Positions 19,148-28,599 of a stretch of 64,000 nt of DNA are shown here, one piece after another. Source of the stretch: an uncultured Bacteroidales bacterium (GTDB lineage: Bacteria; Bacteroidota; Bacteroidia; Bacteroidales; Paludibacteraceae); the NCBI GenBank assembly GCA_900317345.1, contig ONGK01000005.1, positions 32,099 through 96,098 on the forward strand. The letters are read 5' to 3'. The notes under the pieces were generated by a model, which did no database searches, was not told the origin of the DNA, and saw only the letters and a list, made by a program, of their open reading frames with translations. The position numbers were made by a program, and so were the translations under genes. Each line of letters starts with the position of its first letter. Within the stretch, counting starts at the first letter, position 1.

Positions 19148-22100
19148 CTAACGGACTAATATCCGTCCTTCTATTGTATAAACCTTCTCCCCGCGGAGGA
19201 TGTAGATAGTACCATTAATGAGCACCTTTGTACATTGTACATCGTCACTTTGTACATCTTCAAAACCTTGGCTCTTTTTCGTAGCTGTGAATTGCGCAGT
19301 GTAGTCTGCATCTGCGGAAGCCGCCACAATAGCCGGTGACCATCCGCTGAACTCGTAGGTGTAGTTGTCGTCTTCGGCGCGTGTAGGTGCTGCACCACTA
19401 TAAGCAGGCATTGTGCCTTCTTTTACCTGCGAAGATTGCAAAACCGTATTATCCCAGTTAAGGAAACGGATAGTGTAATACTCCGGTTGCGGTGTGTCAC
19501 CGGCACAGACAGCGGTTAGAGTTAGGTTCTTTATCTCCCATGTAGCGTAAGCAGAGGCAGTACTCTTATACTTAAATGCGAATACGGTGTTTGCGCCAAC
19601 CATCGACACTGGGACATTAATCGTCACATTAACAAATGTCCAGTTAGTGTTACTTGCGTATGGTGAGATAGTCAGTTGTTGCCACTGCGAGGCTGCTACG
19701 CTGCCTTTGTAATCGGGCGTCACCCACAAAGTGAGTTCGTCAGAAGGATTGCTTGCATAGCGGTGCGCGTGGTTGAAGGCGAGAGTGACAGTCTGCATGC
19801 CGTTCAGGTTCTTTGCAGGGGTCATCAGGTAAGCAGTATAGCCGCCTTGCTTCTTACCTACAGCACCGTAACTGCTGTTATAAGTCCATACAGACGTATT
19901 GTCTGTTGTGATTTCTCCCAAGCCGCTTCCGCCGGTCTGCAGCCAACTACCGCTGACATTCTCGCATTCAGAAACCGTTTTCTGAGTTGCCCTGTATTGA
20001 GCCGTGTAGGTGGTATTGGCGGTTGCAGGAACAATCACCGGATACCAGCCACTGAACTCATACGTGTACGTATCATCCTCCGGGCGCACAGGAGTGGTGC
20101 CTGTATATACGGGCGTTTCTCCTTCAAGAACCTGCGAGGACTGGAGTTCTGTACCATCGTAATTGACAAAAGTGATGGTATAGTAAGTGTCGCTTTCAAC
20201 GGTGACGACGCATGAAGCGGACAGACTGCCTGCATAGGCCGTGATACGCGCCGAGCCCTTTCTAATGGCCGTAACCAGCCCTGTATTCCGATCAACCGTA
20301 GCAAAAGAGGGCTTGTTGCTTGTCCATGTAACCGCCGGCAGGAGCGCATTAGCAGGCGTAGGTACAACCACCATTTGCACCGTCTCGCCCTCATAGAGGA
20401 AAACAGAGTCCTCGCTCAATGCGATAGAAGTGAGTTCCACTTCAACAGCATTTACAGTAAAGGTTACGGATGCCGTTAGCGTACCACAAGTAGCAGTTAC
20501 TGTCGCTGTTCCTGCAGCCAACGCTTCCACAACTCCATTTTCATTTACAGCCACCACGTTGGGTGCATCGGTTGACCATATTATCTCCGGCACGAACGAA
20601 GTTGCCGCAGGTTCTGTGGTGACGGTAAGCTTATTCACATCTCCGACTTCTACAACATGTTCGTAGTTCTCGTTGATAGCCATGCTTGTCGGGTTATATT
20701 GCAGAACCGTATAATTGCGTTGCGCGGATATACCGTTGTATTTGGGATTGGTAACGGTGACCGTGGCAGTTCCTTCTCCCACACATTGTACGACAGCCAG
20801 CGATGCACGATACGTATTACCGGAATAGACAAGCGTGGTATCGTCCTTGTAGGATGCGATTGTCAACACCGACTCATCGCTACTCTGCCATGCAAACGGC
20901 GCATAGGAAAGAGGTTGGGTTGTATATGCGCCCACGATATATTCCCAGTTAAGGGTATATTTGGCATTTGCGTCCTTTCCTTCTAGCCATTCCGCATCTC
21001 CTATGCGACGAGATTTGAGGACTGCCGGATAGTAATTATTTATGTTCGGTATTTTGATATTCAATGTGCATTTCTTGGCATAGTTGCCATCTTCGGTAGT
21101 CGCAGTAATAACAACCGTAGTGGTATAGCTGATAATACCCACGCGCACAAAGCCGTTTTCATCTACCGGCGCAATAGTCGGTTTGTTGGTAGACCAAGTA
21201 ATATTCTGATTGGCTGCATCTTCCGGTATAACGGAAGCATGCAATTGAATACTATCGCCAATCATGATATCTACGCTCGTTTCTTGCAGCGTGATGCCGG
21301 TTACTGTTATCGGTTCAGGACTATTTTCTACATTTGGGTGGAAGAGACGCAGGAACGGATAGCCGTCATTGATGGAGTCATTGCGTCCCCAGACAGTAGT
21401 GAAGTCCCAACCGGTGTAGTTGCTCATTGTGTGCAAGGAGAAGGAACTCTTTGCCGACGAGTCTGTGCCCGGTTCAGCCACCATTTCTCTATCGTAATAA
21501 ACAGAGGTAGCTGCTTTTGCCACACGTGTGTGCGATGCACTATAGCAGTTGGTAAACGTGATCGTGTTGCCGCTATTATCCGGTCCGACCAAACCGCCAC
21601 CTTTGAGGGCATAGGGGTATTTGACAGACGGGTATTGCGCAATGTTCACACGCGAATAACAATTGGTCATAGTCAGCGTATTCAACCTTGCTCCGGCTAA
21701 TCCGCCCGCGTAACCGTCATACCAAGCACTTGTGCCGGCTTCATTATCAAAAGCAATAATCTGACCTTCCGCGAAACAAGTCTCTATGCTACAGCCATTG
21801 ATTCGACCGGCTATCATACCTACGTGAGAGGCGTTTTGCGTGGCTGCGTTACATTTGGTAAAGAGCCATTCTCCCGGATGATTACGTCCGTCTATCACAG
21901 AAGCCTTGATTCCCAGATTACGAATAATCGCTCCTGCACCCACACTTCCGAACAAGCCCCAACCATATTTACCTCCGTAAACATCCGCCGGAGCAGCGTT
22001 TAACTCACAGTACAGACCATAAATGATGTGTCCGTTACCATCAAATGTGCCGAGAAAATCCGTTCCGTCCTCATCTGCACTTGGTTGTCCTATTGGCTTC

Positions 22101-25084
22101 CAAGGTACTGCATAAGCGTTCTTGCCCCAGTTCTGCCAGTTTGTCGTGTCATTTATGAAAATATCATTATCCAGCACAACCGTTTTGCCAGCAAAACTCA
22201 TTGGAGCCACCGTTTGAGTTGGATTAGTGTATCCTCCGCATGACTCCGCATAGTTCCATTCCCACAAGCCGTTTTGCATGACGGCAAAACCTCGCAATTG
22301 AGCAGCAGTCTTGATGTGATACGTCGTAGCAAATTCATTTTGGAACGGAGTCAAGTCATATATATTGCGATCGTCTGTAAGCCATTTCGCATACAAATCT
22401 AAATCGGTAAGGATGGTATCTTGGGTAAAATCGTAGAATTGGGTCAATCCGGCATCTTTGTACCAACCTGCGAAAATGTAACCATCTTTATGAGGGCGAG
22501 TAGGCGGGATAGCCAGACTGCCGACATAGAACGAAGCAGGCAGAATCTCTGTACCTCCGTTTGAATGGTATGTGATTACTGCACCGGGGGTGAAGGATGC
22601 ATCCGGGCTAACACGCGGATAGTCATTCTCGCGCCATTCCCAATAGTTCAAACGCAAATCTTCGCCGTGCGTACGATTCCATTGAGTCACGGCTTCGTTG
22701 TATTGGTTCACGCACTCTTTTGACTGCAACCACGCTGTGGTTCGTGATGTTGCATAATTCTGCAAAGCATTCGGATCAACGAATTCTTCTCCGTTGAAGA
22801 AATAATTGACCTTATATTCATACGCGTGATTAACAATGGCATATTGGTTGTTTACCGGCATATTACCGGTAAATAGATAATTAACGCAAGTGTCTCTTTG
22901 CCAAGAGTCGTTCGCGCCATAGACGGCTCCGGTATAATGGGTACCTGCACTGTTTCCATCCACATACGCGGAGGACGAACAGTTGAGCAAGCGTCCGTGC
23001 CATCCTCTGCCGGCTCCGATGAAAGCACCGGCATCTGCGGCATCTGCTCCGTTGACACGCACATCACCTGATGTGCGGCATTGAATAAGGATATAACCGT
23101 CAGGAACATCACCTGCTAAGATGCCGACAGCTCCTTTGGCCCGTACATAAGCGTCCGTAATAGCCAAATTGCGAATAGAAGTGAATACAATATCATCATA
23201 GGCTTCATCTATCTGTCCGAAGAAACCTTGCTTGGTCAGTGTATTGCTCAAATACATATTCTGCACCTCATGGAAACCGCCGTCATACGTGCCTCTAAAA
23301 TAGTCTTGCGTCGCATGTGAATAGAAGGAATGAGAGTGCTCTGTACCGATGGCCTGCCATTTAACAGGTGCGACCTCGCCCCACTCGCTTTGCGGTGCGT
23401 TTAACGCGATATCCGCTGTTTGCAGAATATACTCATTACGGAAATCGTAGCCGTGATTGGTAAGCCAAGATACATTTCTTAATTGCTCTTTGGTGGCCAC
23501 TTGATAAGGGTCTTCTTTGGTTCCTTGACCACCGGCAAACAGGACGGTCTTATCGGTTGTTCTTACACCGGTAGCACGCGGTAACTGACCTGCACGGTAT
23601 TCCCATTGGCTGGTACCCAAGAAAGAGGCAACCGCGTTAAGTGTGTCCACGAATGCCTGACTTTGCATATACGAAATGGTTACAGGATATCCTGTCCATC
23701 CGAGTTGGTTCTTGACAGAGGATGAAGGCAAACCGTTCGTATTCCAATAGCAGTTGATCTGTCGGCTCGGCACGCGTATCTCCCATCCTCCGCCATAATA
23801 TTCTGCCACAAAAGAATTGGCGCAAGCCATCATGTTTCCTGTGCTGACATCCGTGAGCGTAACAATTCCTGTCGCAAAACAGTTTGAGATAAATCCGGGT
23901 TCCGGTACACACGTGGCACAATTGCTTGGCACGCCATTCTTATACACGAACTGCGCCATGGATATATGACTACCGGAGTCTTCGCTTGTACCAAGGTCTG
24001 TTAAGTTTCCAGTAGCGTAGCACGATTCGATAAGACCAAGATTCTGATAGCAGAAACCGGCAATATAGGCCATTTGACTAAAACCGTCTCCTTGCAGGTT
24101 GCCAGAGGCGACGCACTCGCGGATGATACCTGTCGGTCTATTAACTTGCACAAAGCCGGATGCCATATGGTTACCTTGGTTCGTCTTGAACCACAAATAC
24201 ATGGTAGTGATATCCACCGCCGCGGTACATTGCTCAATCAGACCTTCGTTGGCATATGCCAACCCGGCAGCACCGCTAACGCCTTGCAGACTAAGTGTGC
24301 CGGTTGCTGAGCAGTTACGGATAATACCCGTCTCTTTATTCTCATGCACCAAGCCGCCTATCGCTAAACGCTTGGACGAAAGGGAAAGAGTGACACTGCT
24401 ATTTTCCAACAGACCGTAGTTGTTGGTTACCAATCCCGCAAGAGTTCCGGTAGTAGATTTCAACTCCGTATTGACGGCATGGCAATTACGAACAATGCCT
24501 TCAGGTGCAATTTCTATTGCCAACGGAGCGATATTCACACCACACACGTAGGAATTATTTAATGTCAGATTCTCCACACTACCGCTGATAACACCAAACA
24601 AGGCACGATACCATGAAGAGTAATCCAATTGTGCCAGATAAGCGTCTATATCAAAATCCGGATCTTCCGGTTCCCAGTCATCGCCCCAACCGAGACCATC
24701 TCCGTAATACATATTATATACGGTATGCCCGTCTCCATCGAAATAGCCTCTAAAATGGCATGTATCCGTATCTTCTCCGGCTATCCGCCAGATATGTCCA
24801 ATCGGCTCCCATTGTGGCCAATTGGCTGTATCAAGATTAGCAAAGTTCGTGAGGTAGATATCTGCTGTCAACTTAATGTACTTGCCGGCAAAGTCATTAG
24901 GGGTATCAGGGTCATTACACAGTTCAGCCAGACCGGCTAACTGTTCCGGCGTACTAATTAAATACGGATCGGTCTGTGTACCTGAACCACTGAAGGTTTT
25001 GTCACTCGTACCGTTCCAGTACGTTTGTGCCTGCATTGTCATGAATGACAGAAGTGCCAAAGCGAGCGTTAGAATCTGTTTCAT
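19148..25084 (-). CDS. giant secreted adhesin-like protein (GLUG-like beta-helical repeats, Listeria-Bacteroides repeat, Big_2 domains, choice-of-anchor-J-like domain, short C-terminal tail)
   Basis: 1978 aa. Signal peptide MKQILTLALALLSFMTMQAQ. Three modules open with G(S/Q)GT..DPY.I.T.EQL and continue with GGLV/AGL..N.G.I..C repeats. Flg_new-type repeat ITYHSNGGTEILP...GYIFAGWYKD...LYAKW. About four Big_2 units (ITVTGITLQETSVDIMIGDSIQLHASV...). Two YT(I)xFxNxDxTxLQSSQVxEG...YTYEFSGW repeats. Confidence 0.8.
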   Translation of the reverse strand: MKQILTLALALLSFMTMQAQTYWNGTSDKTFSGSGTQTDPYLISTPEQLAGLAELCNDPDTPNDFAGKYIKLTADIYLTNFANLDTANWPQWEPIGHIWRIAGEDTDTCHFRGYFDGDGHTVYNMYYGDGLGWGDDWEPEDPDFDIDAYLAQLDYSSWYRALFGVISGSVENLTLNNSYVCGVNIAPLAIEIAPEGIVRNCHAVNTELKSTTGTLAGLVTNNYGLLENSSVTLSLSSKRLAIGGLVHENKETGIIRNCSATGTLSLQGVSGAAGLAYANEGLIEQCTAAVDITTMYLWFKTNQGNHMASGFVQVNRPTGIIRECVASGNLQGDGFSQMAYIAGFCYQNLGLIESCYATGNLTDLGTSEDSGSHISMAQFVYKNGVPSNCATCVPEPGFISNCFATGIVTLTDVSTGNMMACANSFVAEYYGGGWEIRVPSRQINCYWNTNGLPSSSVKNQLGWTGYPVTISYMQSQAFVDTLNAVASFLGTSQWEYRAGQLPRATGVRTTDKTVLFAGGQGTKEDPYQVATKEQLRNVSWLTNHGYDFRNEYILQTADIALNAPQSEWGEVAPVKWQAIGTEHSHSFYSHATQDYFRGTYDGGFHEVQNMYLSNTLTKQGFFGQIDEAYDDIVFTSIRNLAITDAYVRAKGAVGILAGDVPDGYILIQCRTSGDVRVNGADAADAGAFIGAGRGWHGRLLNCSSSAYVDGNSAGTHYTGAVYGANDSWQRDTCVNYLFTGNMPVNNQYAIVNHAYEYKVNYFFNGEEFVDPNALQNYATSRTTAWLQSKECVNQYNEAVTQWNRTHGEDLRLNYWEWRENDYPRVSPDASFTPGAVITYHSNGGTEILPASFYVGSLAIPPTRPHKDGYIFAGWYKDAGLTQFYDFTQDTILTDLDLYAKWLTDDRNIYDLTPFQNEFATTYHIKTAAQLRGFAVMQNGLWEWNYAESCGGYTNPTQTVAPMSFAGKTVVLDNDIFINDTTNWQNWGKNAYAVPWKPIGQPSADEDGTDFLGTFDGNGHIIYGLYCELNAAPADVYGGKYGWGLFGSVGAGAIIRNLGIKASVIDGRNHPGEWLFTKCNAATQNASHVGMIAGRINGCSIETCFAEGQIIAFDNEAGTSAWYDGYAGGLAGARLNTLTMTNCYSRVNIAQYPSVKYPYALKGGGLVGPDNSGNTITFTNCYSASHTRVAKAATSVYYDREMVAEPGTDSSAKSSFSLHTMSNYTGWDFTTVWGRNDSINDGYPFLRLFHPNVENSPEPITVTGITLQETSVDIMIGDSIQLHASVIPEDAANQNITWSTNKPTIAPVDENGFVRVGIISYTTTVVITATTEDGNYAKKCTLNIKIPNINNYYPAVLKSRRIGDAEWLEGKDANAKYTLNWEYIVGAYTTQPLSYAPFAWQSSDESVLTIASYKDDTTLVYSGNTYRASLAVVQCVGEGTATVTVTNPKYNGISAQRNYTVLQYNPTSMAINENYEHVVEVGDVNKLTVTTEPAATSFVPEIIWSTDAPNVVAVNENGVVEALAAGTATVTATCGTLTASVTFTVNAVEVELTSIALSEDSVFLYEGETVQMVVVPTPANALLPAVTWTSNKPSFATVDRNTGLVTAIRKGSARITAYAGSLSASCVVTVESDTYYTITFVNYDGTELQSSQVLEGETPVYTGTTPVRPEDDTYTYEFSGWYPVIVPATANTTYTAQYRATQKTVSECENVSGSWLQTGGSGLGEITTDNTSVWTYNSSYGAVGKKQGGYTAYLMTPAKNLNGMQTVTLAFNHAHRYASNPSDELTLWVTPDYKGSVAASQWQQLTISPYASNTNWTFVNVTINVPVSMVGANTVFAFKYKSTASAYATWEIKNLTLTAVCAGDTPQPEYYTIRFLNWDNTVLQSSQVKEGTMPAYSGAAPTRAEDDNYTYEFSGWSPAIVAASADADYTAQFTATKKSQGFEDVQSDDVQCTKVLINGTIYILRGEKVYTIEGRILVR

Positions 25085-25164
25085 ACGTTTGTTTATTAAT
25101 AGGGTGAATGTTGTTTTTCGGTTGATTATAGATACGAAAAAGCGCGGGCTTTCGTTCGCTTCAT

Positions 25165-25304
25165 TTGATTACTTGAGGTCCTAGACTTACCTTAATACTT
25201 CAAATTTACGCACGTAAAACTCACGCTGGTACGTGAGCGTGCATAAACCGTGACTTGAAGTATTAATGATTCTTGTAAACTTGTCTAGGGTTTCAAGTAA
25301 TCAA
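25165..25304 (-). other. 140-nt imperfect inverted repeat / extended hairpin in the 5' leader of the giant gene
   Basis: Outer arms 25165-25186 ttgattacttgaggtcctagac and 25283-25304 gtctagggtttcaagtaatcaa. Perfect inner arms ttaatacttcaa (25192-25203) and ttgaagtattaa (25255-25266). Apical CTCACG-ctggta-CGTGAG. Confidence 0.75.
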
Positions 25305-25415
25305 GTTTTTCGGCTTATTACGCTTTTCTTTGGCGCTCGCTTGCGCCATGTATTATGTTGCCCTAATTTAACGTCTCGGGCGGGGGACGAAGGAGTTATA
25401 CCAACCTTTGCGGCG

Positions 25416-25423
25416 CAAAGGTA
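25416..25423 (-). promoter_or_regulatory. -7 box (TACCTTTG) for the giant gene; implies a leader of roughly 320 nt
   Basis: The minus strand reads cttgcatatatcaaaaaaatgttgTACCTTTGcgccgc. Confidence 0.6.
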
Positions 25424-25512
25424 CAACATTTTTTTGATATATGCAAGAAAAAAGAGAAAAAATGATGCAATCAGGTTTGCCAAAGGATTCTGTGACTATT
25501 ACGTGAGTATCT

Positions 25513-25572
25513 AAATAGTTCGTTAATAATTCGTTAATAATTCGTCAATAGTTCGTCAATAGTTCGTCTTAA
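25513..25572 (-). repeat. Array of five phased 11-bp repeats (copy A of the shared upstream module)
   Basis: The plus strand reads ttcgttaataa ttcgttaataa ttcgtcaatag ttcgtcaatag ttcgtc. Read on the minus strand it is nearly identical to 46091-46150. Confidence 0.9.
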
Positions 25573-25694
25573 TATGCATGAAACACGCTGCTATTTTTGG
25601 AGTAACTGTAGTACTTCTTAGCCAAAAACTACGCTTGTGCAAGCACAGACGATAATTTTTTGCTAAAAACCTTGCAAATTTAAAAAAATTGTAG

Positions 25695-25702
25695 TACCTT
25701 TG
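25695..25702 (+). promoter_or_regulatory. -7 box (TACCTTTG) for the GAF-domain gene
   Basis: aaaaaaattgtagTACCTTTGcagcc, 24 nt upstream of ATG 25726. Confidence 0.6.
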
Positions 25703-25725
25703 CAGCCGATTAAAAGAAGCATATC

Positions 25726-26190
25726 ATGGCAGAAGTGGCACAAAAAATGACAGACAAGGAACAGCTTTATCAGACCATGCTGAAGCAGGCGGAGGCGCTT
25801 ATTGCGGACGAGAAAGACCTCATCGCGAATATGGCGAATATAGCGGCGCTCATACGGGATACGTTTCATTTCTGGTGGGTGGGATTCTATCGCGTTGAAG
25901 GAGAGGAATTGGTGCTCGGTCCATTCCAGGGCCCCATCGCTTGCACGCGTATCAAATACGGTCACGGCGTGTGCGGCACCGCGTGGGAACGGGGAGAGAC
26001 GGTCATCGTGCCCGATGTGTTCGCTTTTCCGGGGCATATCGCTTGTTCTGCAGCCTCGCGGAGCGAGATAGTGGTGCCTATTCGCCGAAACAATGAGATA
26101 ATAGCGGTCCTCGATATCGACAGCTCCGAATACAACACGTTTGACAATACCGACAAGCGCTATTTGGAGCAAATATCGATTGGCAAATAG
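25726..26190 (+). CDS. GAF domain protein (free methionine-(R)-sulfoxide reductase / YebR-like)
   Basis: 154 aa. ...WVGFYRVEGEELVLGPFQGPIACTRIKYGHGVCGTAWERGETVIVPDVFAFPGHIACSAASRSEIVVPI... matches the single-GAF fRMsr family layout. Confidence 0.75.
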   Translation: MAEVAQKMTDKEQLYQTMLKQAEALIADEKDLIANMANIAALIRDTFHFWWVGFYRVEGEELVLGPFQGPIACTRIKYGHGVCGTAWERGETVIVPDVFAFPGHIACSAASRSEIVVPIRRNNEIIAVLDIDSSEYNTFDNTDKRYLEQISIGK

Positions 26191-26273
26191 GGCTGATACG
26201 CATGTTTACTGAGCAAAAAGAATAAAAAAAGCACTTTTATTTCTTAAAATTTGTATATATACAAAAAAAGTTG

Positions 26274-26281
26274 TACCTTTG
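26274..26281 (+). promoter_or_regulatory. -7 box (TACCTTTG) for the mdh unit; leader of roughly 160 nt
   Basis: tttgtatatatacaaaaaaagttgTACCTTTGcaagc. Confidence 0.6.
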
Positions 26282-26447
26282 CAAGCTATTTCGCTTAGGC
26301 TGTTACTCGCGCGACTCGCGACCCCGTCGCTCAAAGGCGCTACGTAACGCCCTACGCTCCCCCCACGGAACATCGTTTTACTAGCGTTCCGCGGGGACCC
26401 TAATAGAAAAGAAAAAGAATATCAACAATATAAAAAAAGATACTATT

Positions 26448-27389
26448 ATGAGCAAAGTAACAGTAGTAGGCGCAGGAAACGTAGGTGCTACGTGCGCAAA
26501 TGTGCTGGCCGTTAACGAAGTGGCCAACGAAGTATGTCTGATTGACATCAAAGAAGGTTTTGCTGAGGGCAAAGCCATGGATATCATGCAAACGGCTCAG
26601 CTGATGGGCTTTGATACCGTGGTAGAGGGTGTGACGAATGACTATAGCAAAACAGCCGGTTCGGATGTGGTTATCATCACCTCCGGTCTGCCCCGTAAAC
26701 CCGGTATGACGCGTGAAGAGTTGATTGGTGTGAATGCCGGTATCGTGAAGAGTGTATGTGACCAGGTGCTCAAATATAGCCCGAACGCTATCCTCGTGGT
26801 GGTTTCTAACCCGATGGATACGATGGCGTACCTCACGCTGCACGCACTCAAATTGCCTCGCAACCGCGTGATTGGTATGGGTGGCGCGCTCGATAGCGCA
26901 CGTCTGAAATATTTCCTCAGCCAGGCGCTGAAGTGCAATGCGAACGATGTAGACGGCTTCGTGATCGGCGGACACGGCGATACCACGATGATTCCGCTCA
27001 CCAGCTATACGACCTACAAGGGCATCAACGTATCCGAGTTCCTGAGCCAAGAGGAGTTGGAGAATGTGGTTAAGTCCACCATGGTAGGCGGCGCTACGCT
27101 GACCGGTCTGCTCGGCACGTCCGCTTGGATGGCTCCGGGTGCTGCAGCTGCTTCCGTAGCAGAGGCGATTATCAAGGACCAGAAGAAGATGATTCCTTGC
27201 TCCGCTGCGCTCGAAGGAGAGTACGGCATGAAGGATATCACTATCGGTGTGCCTTGTATCATCGGTAAGAATGGTATTGAGAAGATTCTTGAGCTCAAGA
27301 TATCCGATGCTGAGCGCCAGAAACTCCACGAGAGTGAGGCAGCCGTGCGCAAGACAACCGCTATCCTCAAAGATCTGAACGTTCTTTAA
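26448..27389 (+). CDS. mdh: malate dehydrogenase (LDH-like)
   Basis: MSKVTVVGAGNVGATCA..., ITSGLPRKPGMTREEL, VVSNPMD, GGHGDTMIP-type block. Confidence 0.92.
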   Translation: MSKVTVVGAGNVGATCANVLAVNEVANEVCLIDIKEGFAEGKAMDIMQTAQLMGFDTVVEGVTNDYSKTAGSDVVIITSGLPRKPGMTREELIGVNAGIVKSVCDQVLKYSPNAILVVVSNPMDTMAYLTLHALKLPRNRVIGMGGALDSARLKYFLSQALKCNANDVDGFVIGGHGDTTMIPLTSYTTYKGINVSEFLSQEELENVVKSTMVGGATLTGLLGTSAWMAPGAAAASVAEAIIKDQKKMIPCSAALEGEYGMKDITIGVPCIIGKNGIEKILELKISDAERQKLHESEAAVRKTTAILKDLNVL

Positions 27390-27405
27390 TAGACCGCTAT
27401 ATTTT

Positions 27406-28599
27406 ATGGATTTATTTGAAAAATGTGACCATTTTGAAACTCTCAAACTTGTCCGTAAATTAGGTATCTATCCTTATTTCCACGAACTTGAGAGTCGCCA
27501 GGCGCCAATCGTGCAGATGGAGAACCATCGCGTGATTATGTTGGGTAGTAATAACTATTTGGGCTTCACCGAGAATGAGGCAGTCATCAAGGCTGGTCAC
27601 GAGGCGCTGGATAAGTACGGAACGGGCGTCAGCGGAAGCCGTTTCCTCAACGGTACGCTGGACCTCCACCTCCAACTGGAGAAAGAGATAGCTGAGTTCA
27701 CCGGATACGAAGAGGCGATGACCGTTTCGACCGGTTTCCAAACCAACCTGGCTATCATCTCTGCCATCGCCGGAAAGGATGATTACATCCTGAATGACCG
27801 TGAAAACCACGCTTCTATTTACGATGCTTGCCGTCTGAGTTATGCGAAAGTGCTGAGATACCGCCACTCCGATATGCAGGATTTGGAGCGCCAGCTCAAA
27901 TCGATACCGGAGAATGCTGGCAAACTCATCATCACCGATGGTGTGTTCTCCATGCGCGGCGATATATGTAAGCTGCCGGAGATTTGTGCGCTGGCGGAGA
28001 AATACGGCGCTCGCGTCATGGTGGACGATGCACACGGCTTCGGCGTGCTCGGTCCCGGTGGACGCGGTACGGCTGCTCATTTCGGCCTGACCGATAAGGT
28101 GGATATCACGATGTTGACCTTCTCGAAATCGCTGGCTTCTATCGGAGGATGTATGCTGACAAGCCATCGCGTGGCCGACTGGCTGCGCCATGTGAGCCGT
28201 CCGTTCATCTTCTCCGCATCCATCACTCCTTGTTCGGCTGCTACGGCACTCGAGGCTTTGCATCAGCTCATCCTCGATCCCGAAAGACCGACGCGACTGA
28301 TGAATATCGCCAAGTATTTCCAGAAGCAACTGCTGGCAAACGGCGTAAAGATTATCGAGGCTCCGACACCTATCGTGCCTATCTTCACCTATAAGACGCT
28401 GGATACACTCTATTATGGCAAGAAGCTGTTTGACGAGGGTGTCTATGTCAATCCGGTGATGGCGCCTGCGTGCGTCGAGGGAGAATGTCTCCTCCGTACT
28501 ACGCTTATGGCAACGCATACCGAGCCTGTGATTGACGAAGCGGTGGACATCATCGCACGCGTGTTGAGAGAAGGGGCACCGGAAATGCAATTGGCATAA
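27406..28599 (+). CDS. alpha-oxoamine synthase family PLP enzyme, serine palmitoyltransferase-like
   Basis: 397 aa. GSNNYLGF, GSRFLNGTLDLHLQLE, DDAHGFGVLG, and the PLP-lysine block TFSKSLASIGG. The SRFLNGT block matches Bacteroidales SPT better than BioF or Kbl. Confidence 0.7.
   Translation: MDLFEKCDHFETLKLVRKLGIYPYFHELESRQAPIVQMENHRVIMLGSNNYLGFTENEAVIKAGHEALDKYGTGVSGSRFLNGTLDLHLQLEKEIAEFTGYEEAMTVSTGFQTNLAIISAIAGKDDYILNDRENHASIYDACRLSYAKVLRYRHSDMQDLERQLKSIPENAGKLIITDGVFSMRGDICKLPEICALAEKYGARVMVDDAHGFGVLGPGGRGTAAHFGLTDKVDITMLTFSKSLASIGGCMLTSHRVADWLRHVSRPFIFSASITPCSAATALEALHQLILDPERPTRLMNIAKYFQKQLLANGVKIIEAPTPIVPIFTYKTLDTLYYGKKLFDEGVYVNPVMAPACVEGECLLRTTLMATHTEPVIDEAVDIIARVLREGAPEMQLA

Noticed and set aside
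19148-19270. Calling the shared C-terminal tails canonical T9SS type A CTDs.
   Set aside because: Only about 35-43 residues follow the last recognisable domain. The usual terminal strands of the 70-100-aa Por_Secre_tail are absent. I kept it as an open finding rather than an annotation.
25513-25572. A CRISPR-like array.
   Set aside because: The units are 11 bp and directly abutting, with no spacers, and there are no cas genes in the window.
26400-28590. Long minus-strand ORFs 26400-27446 (348 aa) and 27460-28590 (376 aa).
   Set aside because: They are exactly antisense to mdh and the SPT-like gene, both of which have strong family signatures. These are typical shadow ORFs of GC3-biased genes. 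The same applies to 3160-3996, 8409-9665, 14539-15483, 16826-17752, 40056-41489, 44586-45614, 46588-47499, 56597-57766, 62198-62998 and 63110-63760.
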